Made by a program: the position numbers and the translations under genes. The notes under the pieces were generated by a model that saw nothing but the letters and a program-made list of their open reading frames with translations, ran no database searches and was not told the DNA's origin. A stretch of 64,000 bases of DNA, taken from positions 1,695 through 65,694 of the forward strand of contig PBZE01000037.1 in the NCBI GenBank assembly GCA_002730095.1, given 5' to 3'. This DNA is from Methanobacteriota archaeon. GTDB taxonomy: Archaea > Thermoplasmatota > Poseidoniia > Poseidoniales > Thalassarchaeaceae. Of this stretch, positions 17,585 to 26,386 are shown in pieces. Numbering within the stretch: position 1 is the stretch's first letter; each line of letters opens with the position of its first letter.

Positions 17585-17695
17585 TACTATACTATTACTA
17601 AGACTGATAATCTAATTGAAAAATTGCATTAGAATAAAAAATTCCTATTGAAAATTTAAAGTGAGTTTAATTTTTTATAGGATTATCAGAACTCT
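17585..17695. promoter_or_regulatory. AT-rich divergent intergenic island with TATA-like boxes and a 9-bp inverted repeat
   Basis: I count 21 G+C in the 100 nt 17601-17700. The arms CTGATAATC (17604-17612) and GATTATCAG (17681-17689) are perfect reverse complements. TTTAAA lies at about 17655 and TTTTTTATAG at 17671-17680. The island sits between the divergent PRC-barrel and aminotransferase genes. Confidence 0.4.
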
Positions 17696-17751
17696 AGTTT
17701 TTCCAATTTGCCACGAGAATCGTACTTTGCGGAGGACGGTTACCAAGAACC

Positions 17752-19299
17752 TTGATGAGCAACCTGCAACTCGGGCAATCGATGTCTGCCTGTCTCGATA
17801 TTCTGCACTCGATTCGAAACCGTTCAGGGACTAGAATTACCAATGGCCTTCCAGATGAGATAATTATGTCATTTATTGACACTGATCCTTCGCTGAGAAG
17901 GGCTATTGAAGAGGCATCGATCGTCTTCGATTCTCTCTCTGCCGATACTGGAATTGAAATGAGTTCCACCGATGAAACTTCTTTAATCGACCAATTACAG
18001 TCAGATTATGTGAATTTTTATTCTGCCGCCACCGTCAATCCTTATGTCGCGATTTCAGCCAGAGGTCCTTGGATTGTTACCTCTCATGGAGCAGTTGTTC
18101 ATGATAACGGAGGTTATGGTATGCTTGGAATGGGCCATGGCCCCGACGACGTGATTTCATCAATGCAGAGAAACTGGGTCATGGCAAACGTCATGACCCC
18201 TTCATTCAGTCAAAAGAGACTATCGGACAGGCTGAAGATGGAGATTGGACATACTAGGGGGAAATGTCCGTTCGATCGATTCATTTGTATGAATTCAGGA
18301 TCTGAATCTATGACTGTGGGAATGAGAATATCCGATGTCAACGCACTCAAGATGACTGGTCCCGGGGGAAAGCATGAGGGGAAGCCAACTAGGATGGTAG
18401 CAATTGAGAGGGCGTTTCATGGGCGTACAGACAGGCCAGCACAGATTTCACATTCCTGTAAGGATGGCTATGACAAGAACCTGAATACCTTTCAAGACAG
18501 AGACAATTTAGTACTGATCCCCGCGAATGATGTCGGAGCACTTAGGGACACATTTCATCAGGCAGATCTTGATGGCGTTTTCATTGAGCTTCTTGCTATT
18601 GAACCAGTTCAGGGAGAAGGAGCGCCAGGTTTGTGCATAGATAGAGGATTCTACGACGAAGCAAGGCGACTCACCAAAGAGCACGGATCTATGCTGATAA
18701 TCGACTCAGTCCAAGCTGGGATAAGGGGCCAGGGATGCCTCAGTATTGTGGACTACGATGGTTTCCAGAGTGCAGAAGCCCCCGATATGGAGGCATGGTC
18801 CAAAGCCATCAATGCTGGTCAGTTCCCTCTTTCTGTTGTCGGAATGACCGCCGAGGTCGCCGAGTTGTATGTTACTGGAATATATGGCAACACAATGACT
18901 ACCAATCCTCGAGCATTGGAGACTGCGATAGCGGTTTTGGAAATGATTACCCCTGAACTCCGTCAGAATATTCGTGACCGAGGCCACGATTTAGTACTAG
19001 GCCTCCAGAGAGTCATGGAAGAATTCCCCGAAGCAATTCTTTCAGTACAAGGAACTGGCCTTTTGGTTTGTGCTGAGATGGACCCAAATTTCTTCCCTGT
19101 TGTTGGTGATGATAAGGTTGAGATGTGGTGTAGGAAGAATGGCCTAGGGGTCATTCACGGCGGAATAAATGCCTTGAGGTTCACTCCGCATTTCGCGATA
19201 ACCTCTGAGGAGATAGACATGATCGTCGAGATCGTTAGGAGTGCAGTAATCAAATTCTCTGAGATGAAGTCTATTGAACTAGCTTCAAGCACCGTCTGA
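17752..19299 (+). CDS. class III (fold-type I) PLP-dependent aminotransferase; substrate unknown
   Basis: GGYGMLGMGHGP, MNSGSESMTVGMR, ERAFHGRTDRP and LIIDSVQAGIRGQG correspond to the conserved blocks of acetylornithine/GABA-type aminotransferases. The conserved core starts near aa 75, so ATG 17959 (giving 446 aa) is a plausible true start. Confidence 0.8.
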   Translation: MMSNLQLGQSMSACLDILHSIRNRSGTRITNGLPDEIIMSFIDTDPSLRRAIEEASIVFDSLSADTGIEMSSTDETSLIDQLQSDYVNFYSAATVNPYVAISARGPWIVTSHGAVVHDNGGYGMLGMGHGPDDVISSMQRNWVMANVMTPSFSQKRLSDRLKMEIGHTRGKCPFDRFICMNSGSESMTVGMRISDVNALKMTGPGGKHEGKPTRMVAIERAFHGRTDRPAQISHSCKDGYDKNLNTFQDRDNLVLIPANDVGALRDTFHQADLDGVFIELLAIEPVQGEGAPGLCIDRGFYDEARRLTKEHGSMLIIDSVQAGIRGQGCLSIVDYDGFQSAEAPDMEAWSKAINAGQFPLSVVGMTAEVAELYVTGIYGNTMTTNPRALETAIAVLEMITPELRQNIRDRGHDLVLGLQRVMEEFPEAILSVQGTGLLVCAEMDPNFFPVVGDDKVEMWCRKNGLGVIHGGINALRFTPHFAITSEEIDMIVEIVRSAVIKFSEMKSIELASSTV

Positions 19300-19307
19300 G
19301 TGGTAAG

Positions 19308-19991
19308 ATGTCCAATAGGATCCACTTCGTGGGTAATGAGGAATATTTTATTCAGATACTTCGAGATAGGTTGTTACGAGCAGGTGCATTATTCACTGAT
19401 GAACCTGCGAATTCCGACATAGTTATTGCTGTGGGGGATGGATTTTCTGGAGACATCTCAATCGTTTATGGGGACCAGGAGCCGGGAAGTGCTGATATTG
19501 TCATTACCATACACGACTTACTTTCTCCTGATGGTAAATTGACACACTGGGGGGATTCAGAATTACACGATTGGGCTAAGACTATCATGAAAGGAGATGA
19601 AATAAGTCCATTAAAGAGACAAAATTACAGATTCTGGGTCAATATTAGAGATGTTTGTGATGCACTCTGTATCTTGATTATGGATGGCCGAAGTAGGAAA
19701 ATGAAGAGAATAATAAACATCGCAGGTAGGAGAGCATGGCCCTCAGCATCCATCATTCAGGAAATGGAGATGTTATGGAGGAGATATTCCAATTCTCTGA
19801 ACCATTCCCACACCGTCAAATCTCTATCATCAGTTCCTGGTCCAGCTGTAGACGTTCCTAGAGAACGAACAGAAAGACCAGATCTATCTTCCCTGCACGA
19901 TTGTCTTAGGCAATGTGGGTCAGAAGGATGGCATCCGCTAGTACCTATGCGCGTTTCCCTGATGGAGATTTTCGCTCACGCGAATAACTAA
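19308..19991 (+). CDS. hypothetical protein; weak resemblance to a degenerate extended-SDR/epimerase lacking GxxGxxG
   Basis: 227-aa ORF 9 nt after the aminotransferase. IHFVGNEEYF replaces a nucleotide-binding glycine motif. YRFWVNIRDVCDAL resembles the (F/Y)VyVdDvvdA block of NAD-dependent epimerases. Confidence 0.45.
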   Translation: MSNRIHFVGNEEYFIQILRDRLLRAGALFTDEPANSDIVIAVGDGFSGDISIVYGDQEPGSADIVITIHDLLSPDGKLTHWGDSELHDWAKTIMKGDEISPLKRQNYRFWVNIRDVCDALCILIMDGRSRKMKRIINIAGRRAWPSASIIQEMEMLWRRYSNSLNHSHTVKSLSSVPGPAVDVPRERTERPDLSSLHDCLRQCGSEGWHPLVPMRVSLMEIFAHANN

Positions 19992-19999
19992 CAGAGTAA

Positions 20000-20176
20000 T
20001 CAGTTCTTGTCGTTCTGAACCTTGACACGGATGTCCTGTGCCATTGACTTGGCTGACTGCATAGCCTTGCGGACTCGGGTTCCAGCTGCCTTGTTACCCT
20101 TGTCGTGCTTTACAGCATCACCCATTGCATCTGTTAGCATTTCTATCATATCATGCATCATCTTCTCGACGGACAT
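20000..20176 (-). CDS. small (58 aa) Hc1-like histone H1-like DNA-binding protein
   Basis: Below the ORF-track size cutoff, so I translated it by hand: MSVEKMMHDMIEMLTDAMGDAVKHDKGNKAAGTRVRKAMQSAKSMAQDIRVKVQNDKN. The core K-x-x-KGNKAA-x-x-RVR-K and the flanking helices align with the N-terminal domain of chlamydial Hc1 (…LLKAEKGNKAAAQRVRTESIKLEKIAKVYR…). The frame is consistent with the neighbouring track ORFs. Confidence 0.6.
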   Translation of the reverse strand: MSVEKMMHDMIEMLTDAMGDAVKHDKGNKAAGTRVRKAMQSAKSMAQDIRVKVQNDKN

Positions 20177-20239
20177 AACGACTGCGGCGTGCTAGGCCGC
20201 TCTTAGCCGTTTTCACGAAACACATCATGAATTATGCCA

Positions 20240-21223
20240 CTATTGAGAGAATAAATCCCCGCCAAGAAGCGGAAGAAGTACGCTAGCATCGCCCTCCACG
20301 ACGACCTGTGACGCTTCTGGACGCACCTTCCCCCATGAGATGGCTTCTCGAAGTCGTGCTCCGGAAAGAGATCCATCATACTCTGGTGCAGTGGTTATGG
20401 AAACAGCCGAATCCAAACCTCCTCTGTATTGATTCCACCATATTACATGATGCTTTGAAATTCCTCCTCCAACCATCAGTGCATGGCTCTCATCAGCTGT
20501 CCAAGTAATGTCGGATAGTAATTGCTCATCTGCCAGAACGTCAATCGTAAAATCTGGAGATTTCTGCCTATGCATGAATAGTTGAGCTCCTATTGAACCA
20601 TCTGTTATCCCCGGGATAATGACAGGTATCCTATTCCTCGCAATCCAGTAGAGTAAAGACGATTCATCATCGATCCTATCTCCTAGGGCCCAGCAAAGCT
20701 CTGCTGTTCCAAAACCATGCCAAGGACTTCCTGGGGACTCTTTACGACGCTCATCTTCAATTTCGGCAAGCCACGGGAGAACTACATTCTCCAGAATTTC
20801 GCCGTAGCACTCATTGGGCACTATGACATTACCTAGCCTGTTTAGCCCCTCTTCCCCCAATGCTATGTCATCAAGACTGAAGTCCCCATGGAAGTAATCC
20901 TTGAATGATCTAGCAATGTCATGATCTAGGGTGCCGCAGGTCGTGATGACCACATTAAACGAGTTCCTCTTTAGAGCCTCAAGAAAGAACCCTCTAGTTC
21001 CAGTGGCACAGAGACAGGCAGGAAATGAAATCCAATTGAGAACCCCCTTTGATGAGGCTCTGGATATAGAATTTCGAAGGATATCACGTGCGAATGCCAG
21101 CTTAGTTGCAGTGAATCCCCCTGCTTCAGACATCTGATCGATTAGTGAGGTAATATCTTTTATTGTCGAGAAATCATAGTCCTTCACAGGATTGTCGAAG
21201 TCTTCACGCGAATAGCCGTCCAC
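20240..21223 (-). CDS. dys: deoxyhypusine synthase
   Basis: 327 aa with TLDHDI, IPVIIPGITDGSIG and MVGGGISKHHVIWWN, typical of DHS. Hallmark of archaeal/eukaryotic aIF5A modification. Confidence 0.9.
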   Translation of the reverse strand: MDGYSREDFDNPVKDYDFSTIKDITSLIDQMSEAGGFTATKLAFARDILRNSISRASSKGVLNWISFPACLCATGTRGFFLEALKRNSFNVVITTCGTLDHDIARSFKDYFHGDFSLDDIALGEEGLNRLGNVIVPNECYGEILENVVLPWLAEIEDERRKESPGSPWHGFGTAELCWALGDRIDDESSLLYWIARNRIPVIIPGITDGSIGAQLFMHRQKSPDFTIDVLADEQLLSDITWTADESHALMVGGGISKHHVIWWNQYRGGLDSAVSITTAPEYDGSLSGARLREAISWGKVRPEASQVVVEGDASVLLPLLGGDLFSQ

Positions 21224-21247
21224 GTTTCTCGTAAAACGAACCTGATT

Positions 21248-23536
21248 TCAATTAGTCGGGTTGTGGAGCTGTAATATCCTGTCTCTTATTTGGGCTGCTC
21301 TCTCGAAGTCCAGCCTCTCCGCAGCAGCCCTCATTTCTCGCTCCAACTTACTAACCAGCTGCTCATGATCAGTGATTACAGACTCTCCTTCCACTTCTTC
21401 TGGTTCAAATTCAGGCTGACTAACATTGTCGAGAACGGAGTCAGATGTGTTCCACATCCCCGCTCCTAAGGAGAATTTTTGCGCAAGTCCAGTAACGCCC
21501 TTCTTGCTTCTTGTTTTCCCAACAAATCTCTTCCCGCCCTTGGTCCCCTTTCCTGCTGTACCCGCAAGAAGACTTCCTACCTCTTCCCCCATAGTTGGAA
21601 GGGCCTTCTGAATTGTCCTCGGCACCATTCCATGAATTTTATTGTGGGATTCTTGACGTATCCTCCTCGAGGTCGTCTGACTCATCGCAGCTTCCATCGA
21701 GGGAGATATCGTGTCAGCATACAGGATAACAACCCCATTCTGATTCCTCGACGCTCTTCCTATGGTCTGTAAGAGGGACCTCTCATTTCTGAGGAACCCC
21801 TGTTTATCTGCATCAAAAATTGCAACTAGTGAGACCTCAGGAATATCTAGCCCCTCACGAAGTAGATTTATTCCTACAATCACGTCAATATGGCCTAGCC
21901 TCAGAGCCTTGATAATCTCGGTTCTTTGAAGCGTGTCAATCTCTGAATGAAGATAATGAGCTTTGATTCCTTTACCGTTTAGATACTCCGCTACCTCTTC
22001 TGCGAACTTTATCGTCATTACAGTTACCAAGGCCCTCTCATCCTTCTTCACCCGTTCATTTATCTCGGAAATCAAATCTTGCACCTGTCCCTTGGTTCCC
22101 TTTACGACAATCTTAGGATCCAGCAATCCCGTTGGACGAATTTCCATTCTTACTACGCCTTCAATTTTCGAAATTGTCTGTTCCATCGTTGATGATGAGA
22201 TTTTCTTCGCCAAATCAGGATTTCTTGACCCTCCTCCTCCTCCTACATGCAGAAGCTCTTCAGGAACCTCCTGACACGTCACCTCTGCTAAGTGACGTAG
22301 CTCTCTTTCGCCCGGTGTAGCGCTGACGTACACCATCTTTGGGACCAGGTCTTGAAATTCATCAATCCTCAGAGGCCTGTTGTCATATGCTGATGGAAGC
22401 CTAAACCCATGATCAACAAGATTCTTCTTCCTAGAGAAATCACCACCATACATTCCACCTACTTGGGGCAGAGTAACATGGCTTTCATCCATTATCACCA
22501 GATATCTGTCAGAGCCACCATGGAATTGTTCCGCATTGCTTGAGAAGAAGTCTAGCAGACAGAATGATCTCTCTCCCTTAGATCTTCTGTCAAAATGCCT
22601 TGAGTAGTTCTCCACTCCCTTGCAAGATCCTATTTCTGTAAGCATTTCCAAATCGAATTTAGTCCTCCCTTCTAACCTGTAAGCCTCTATATCCATGCCC
22701 TTTTTCTGGAACCAATCTACTCTATCGTCTAGTTCATGTTCGATATCTTCAATTGCGAGATTGAAGCTTTCTTCACTTGTCATGTAGAACTCTCGAGGGT
22801 GTATCCACGCCTCCTCGAATTCATCTAGAACTTCCCAAGATACAGCTTCACAGACTTGTATCTTCTCAATGCCTTCCCATCCGAACCTTACCCTGATCGG
22901 ATCATCCCTACTTGGCATCCATATGTCAAGGACTTCACCCCTAAGACGAATATCCCCCCTGGTGATCTCTCCCGAGACCCTCCTGTAATGGAGTCCTACA
23001 AGCTCGCGTACAATCTCCTGCGGATCTGACTCTTGCCCAACTTCAAGCCTCAGATGGTTCTGTTGGAATACTTCTGGAGGATTCAAACCGTATATCGCGG
23101 ATACCGTTCCAATCGTTATGACGTCAGGTCTGGAAACCAAAGATGCTACTGTGGAGAATCTCTCCTGTTCGATTCTTTCATTCATCTGCAACTCTTTGTC
23201 GATGTAAAGGTCCCTACCAGGGATGTAGGCTTCAGGCTGGTAATAGTCGTAGTAGCTAACAAAGTACTCTACGGCATTACTCGGGAACAACTCGCTGATC
23301 TCTTGCCAAAGCTGTCTTGCTAGGGTTTTGTTATGGGACAGAATCAATGTTGGAATCCCAAGCCTCTCGATAACATTGGCCATAGCGAATGTTTTCCCGG
23401 AACCGGTAACTCCCATCAGAATACATCTTTCCTGACTTGACTCAATTTGTTCGACAAGTTTTGCTATCGCCTGCTCTTGATCCCCCGCCGTGTCATATTC
23501 AGAATCAAGATTGAACATACTACACACCACTAGCAA
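21248..23536 (-). CDS. uvrB: excinuclease ABC subunit B
   Basis: Walker A GVTGSGKTF, YYDYYQPEAY, VSATPGERE, RPTGLLDP, GINLLREGLDIPEVSLVAIFDADKQGFLR and the C-terminal UVR motif ERLDFERAAQIRDRI. The start is probably the Met at aa 7 (MFNLDSEYD). It contains a Lys/Gly-rich linker of about 100 aa before the UVR domain. Confidence 0.95.
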   Translation of the reverse strand: MLVVCSMFNLDSEYDTAGDQEQAIAKLVEQIESSQERCILMGVTGSGKTFAMANVIERLGIPTLILSHNKTLARQLWQEISELFPSNAVEYFVSYYDYYQPEAYIPGRDLYIDKELQMNERIEQERFSTVASLVSRPDVITIGTVSAIYGLNPPEVFQQNHLRLEVGQESDPQEIVRELVGLHYRRVSGEITRGDIRLRGEVLDIWMPSRDDPIRVRFGWEGIEKIQVCEAVSWEVLDEFEEAWIHPREFYMTSEESFNLAIEDIEHELDDRVDWFQKKGMDIEAYRLEGRTKFDLEMLTEIGSCKGVENYSRHFDRRSKGERSFCLLDFFSSNAEQFHGGSDRYLVIMDESHVTLPQVGGMYGGDFSRKKNLVDHGFRLPSAYDNRPLRIDEFQDLVPKMVYVSATPGERELRHLAEVTCQEVPEELLHVGGGGGSRNPDLAKKISSSTMEQTISKIEGVVRMEIRPTGLLDPKIVVKGTKGQVQDLISEINERVKKDERALVTVMTIKFAEEVAEYLNGKGIKAHYLHSEIDTLQRTEIIKALRLGHIDVIVGINLLREGLDIPEVSLVAIFDADKQGFLRNERSLLQTIGRASRNQNGVVILYADTISPSMEAAMSQTTSRRIRQESHNKIHGMVPRTIQKALPTMGEEVGSLLAGTAGKGTKGGKRFVGKTRSKKGVTGLAQKFSLGAGMWNTSDSVLDNVSQPEFEPEEVEGESVITDHEQLVSKLEREMRAAAERLDFERAAQIRDRILQLHNPTN

Positions 23537-24470
23537 ATTTTTCTATTTCCGATGGATCAGTCAACATAATTGAAGCCAGGAGGGCCCATCCGGTCAGCAT
23601 TGAAACCCGGAATAGAGTCGTTTGGAAGTCTGCTAATCTTTCTCTGTACAATACTACTCCAACATTCAGAGCACACATTATCCCCGCCGCTGTAAGAAAC
23701 CAGGCGTTGTCAACAGGGTTCGAGATGGCGAAGCATGCAAACCAGAGAAGCGTCAATTGTATCGACGTTCTAGTAGTCGACCTTTCACCAAATTTGGAAG
23801 GGAATGAGTGAATGCCGTTCTTAATATCACTTTCAATATCCATCCTAGCGTAGTTTATGTCAAATGACGCTATCCACAAGGACACACCCAACGAAATCCA
23901 AAAGATCTCTGGGTACCAGAAAAATTTCTCTTGCCCCCCTGTAATCGCTTCCCAACCATGCAGATCAGCCGTGACAGCAACCCAAGCGGCGGCTGGAGCA
24001 AGTCCCAAGCAGAGTCCCAACCAGAAGTGACACAGCCAAGTGTAACGCTTGGTATAGGGGTAGACGACGAATGCAAGTACTGGAAGCCACGCCATCTTCA
24101 ATGCGACTTCATTGAGTTGCCATGCTCCAAAAAGTAGCATTCCGAGAAAGATTACTGAGAGGCTCCAAGCAGTACTCATTTCCATGGCCCCAGAAGCCAG
24201 ATGACGACTTTCAGTTCGAGGATTGGACGCATCAATGTCTTTGTCAATTATTCTATTCAGTGTCATTGCTAATCCACGAGCCCCCACTGCCGCAATTAGG
24301 ATCCAGACAATATCCACTCCGAACCTTTCTGAAGAAAGCTCGTTCCAGAATTGATTGTAAGCGTGAATGTAGCCAATTAGAATAAATGGTAATGAGAAGA
24401 GAGTATGCTCAATCTTAACAAAGTCAAGAACTTCTCTGACTCCCACTAAAATCCGCCCTCCTCTAGCCAA
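23520..24470 (-). CDS. ubiA: UbiA-family aromatic prenyltransferase
   Basis: 316 aa with 8-9 TM segments. The Asp-rich motif is NRIIDKDIDASNPRT, and a second acidic patch is DINYARMDIESD. It overlaps uvrB by 17 nt and ubiD by 25 nt. Confidence 0.85.
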   Translation of the reverse strand: MARGGRILVGVREVLDFVKIEHTLFSLPFILIGYIHAYNQFWNELSSERFGVDIVWILIAAVGARGLAMTLNRIIDKDIDASNPRTESRHLASGAMEMSTAWSLSVIFLGMLLFGAWQLNEVALKMAWLPVLAFVVYPYTKRYTWLCHFWLGLCLGLAPAAAWVAVTADLHGWEAITGGQEKFFWYPEIFWISLGVSLWIASFDINYARMDIESDIKNGIHSFPSKFGERSTTRTSIQLTLLWFACFAISNPVDNAWFLTAAGIMCALNVGVVLYRERLADFQTTLFRVSMLTGWALLASIMLTDPSEIEKFASGV

Positions 24471-26332
24471 CTGTCTACTCTGCTTAGTACGTCAGGGTCG
24501 TGTAGGGTCACGCCCGGCCATCTTCGAACTGGAAGAGGTCCCTCCTGTGAGGGAATCGGCGCGGTCGCATCCCAGCATATCCTCCTTCTGTCCGAGTCGA
24601 AGTGTAAATCCCTTCCAACGTCGAATCTACAGAAAAATTGCCATAGTAAAATTCTCCTCCAGCCATCACTGAATAGATCTACGTCCGAATCTGTGATGAA
24701 TAGCCACCTCAGGTTATCCGCTCCTTCCAGATTCCAGATGGACTCCTTGATTGAACGAATCTTCTCTCTCTGCCTCCTGGCACCATCTTCATCATCCACC
24801 TCTACATTTTCTTCAGGCGAGGGACCGCCTTCGATTTTGGTAGTAACGACCAGCATCGAAGATCGCATCATTCGCGCCTGCAAAACCCCCTCTATCCCAG
24901 AAGCAGAAACCTCCAGTGAGTCGGGGCATCCCATCAAGGACCCCCTCATTTTACGTGGGTCACCTTCTATTGGACTTGTGGCGTCTATTAGCAGCTTATC
25001 ATGTATATTCTCCCAAGGAGATGCATGAGCCAGTGAATCAGCAACCATCCCTGGCAGGACAACCAAGTCTTCAGAGATTTCAACTTTAGAGTCTAGGGCA
25101 TCTAGAAGGGAGTCTAGATCCTTTACATCATGTTCAGGATTAACTGCAATTATAGTTTTCAGAAACATCATCTGCCCAGCTCCAAGCAGGCCCAAGGCCG
25201 TTTTCCTACCTTGTCTGGGATACCTGTTTTTCGATGAAACAATAGCTAAGTTATGGAAACCTGTCTCAAGTGGGAGAAACAAGTCAATCACATCTCTATG
25301 CTGGAATTTCAATACTGGAAGGAAGGCATCCCCAATGGCTTCGCCCAGATACCCATCTTCCATTGGAGGGACTCCTACTATGGTCATCGGAACTATTGCA
25401 TTTTTCCTGTGGGTTATGGCCTCCACATGCATTACCGGATATTGATCTGCCAATGAGTAGTGTCCAAAATGATCTCCAAATGGCCCCTCTTCCCTAGTCT
25501 CTCCGGGAACCATGTATCCCTCAATTACCACATCACACTCTGCAGGAACCATTAGATCGTTAGTCACGCATTTGGTTATTCTAAGGCGTCTCTTACCAAG
25601 AAGGCCTGCAAATTCATACTCTGAGAGATTATCAGGAAGTGGGGATATGGAGCTGAACATCACTTCAGGCGGTCCACCCAGACAGATCGCAACGGGCATC
25701 CTTCCTTCCGATGCATCAGCGTGATCAGCACCATGCTTGTGTGCCTGCCAATGCAAGCCTACCTCTCTGGGCCCGAAAACCTGACTCCTGTACATCCCCA
25801 TATTGTGAATGCCAGTTTTTGGATCGGCCGTCACAACTAGGGGCAAAGTGATGTATCTGCCCCCATCTTCTGGCCATGTCTTGGGGATTGGAAGTTTTGT
25901 TACATCAGGATTCTTGACCACAATCTGCTGACATGCACCCTTTCTGACCTTCATGGGTGCCATGGACAAGCCTTCCAGTGCCAGGCCAATTCCTGTCCAG
26001 GGCGCCTTCATGATTCCTCCAATATCAGGTTTCATCAGAGCTACCATCCTATTTCCAATCTCATCAGGCCTCTTTACGCCCAAGGCATGATTAGTTCTGT
26101 CATGTGTCCCAAAGAGATTCATGGCTAGGGGAAGCTCACTAATTGTCCCATCCGGGAGACGCGGCTGTTCGAACAAAATCGCACCGCCACCCCTCTTGAC
26201 AAGTCTATCGGCAAAGCATCCCGCTTCTAGCTCTACGTCCACTGGATCAGCCACACGAATCAGCTCTCCAGAGTCCTCGAGAGATTGCACATAGCGTGCC
26301 AGTGTGCGCCAGACCATGTACTCCCGTAGCAC
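24446..26332 (-). CDS. ubiD: UbiD-family (prFMN-dependent) decarboxylase with a C-terminal extension
   Basis: 628 aa. LIRVADPVDVELEAGCFADR, ILFEQP, GMYRSQV, LHWQAHKHGA, VAICLGGPP and GPFGDHFGHY are UbiD blocks. GTG start. Confidence 0.85.
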   Translation of the reverse strand: MLREYMVWRTLARYVQSLEDSGELIRVADPVDVELEAGCFADRLVKRGGGAILFEQPRLPDGTISELPLAMNLFGTHDRTNHALGVKRPDEIGNRMVALMKPDIGGIMKAPWTGIGLALEGLSMAPMKVRKGACQQIVVKNPDVTKLPIPKTWPEDGGRYITLPLVVTADPKTGIHNMGMYRSQVFGPREVGLHWQAHKHGADHADASEGRMPVAICLGGPPEVMFSSISPLPDNLSEYEFAGLLGKRRLRITKCVTNDLMVPAECDVVIEGYMVPGETREEGPFGDHFGHYSLADQYPVMHVEAITHRKNAIVPMTIVGVPPMEDGYLGEAIGDAFLPVLKFQHRDVIDLFLPLETGFHNLAIVSSKNRYPRQGRKTALGLLGAGQMMFLKTIIAVNPEHDVKDLDSLLDALDSKVEISEDLVVLPGMVADSLAHASPWENIHDKLLIDATSPIEGDPRKMRGSLMGCPDSLEVSASGIEGVLQARMMRSSMLVVTTKIEGGPSPEENVEVDDEDGARRQREKIRSIKESIWNLEGADNLRWLFITDSDVDLFSDGWRRILLWQFFCRFDVGRDLHFDSDRRRICWDATAPIPSQEGPLPVRRWPGVTLHDPDVLSRVDSWLEEGGF

Positions 26333-26386
26333 TCACAATAGTAGAAGGTTCGCTCGCCTCCGTAGGAGGTCGACCGAGGGTTTCTT

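Noticed and set aside
17585-17695. AT-rich island considered as a replication origin
   Set aside because: There is no adjacent orc1/cdc6 gene. There are no multiple ORB-like repeats, only one 9-bp inverted pair. It is only about 110 bp long. A promoter/operator is the more economical explanation.
17744-17760. TGATGA (C-box-like) sequence considered as the start of a C/D box sRNA, given that L7Ae is encoded nearby
   Set aside because: It coincides with the start-codon region of the aminotransferase ORF. I found no matching D box (CTGA) at an appropriate distance and no terminal stem.
17694-17969. 91-aa minus-strand ORF overlapping the annotated 5' end of the aminotransferase
   Set aside because: It has no recognisable motif apart from a lone CPSC, and it starts inside the aminotransferase ORF. 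It remains possible only if the aminotransferase really starts at 17959. The evidence is too thin to call it a gene.
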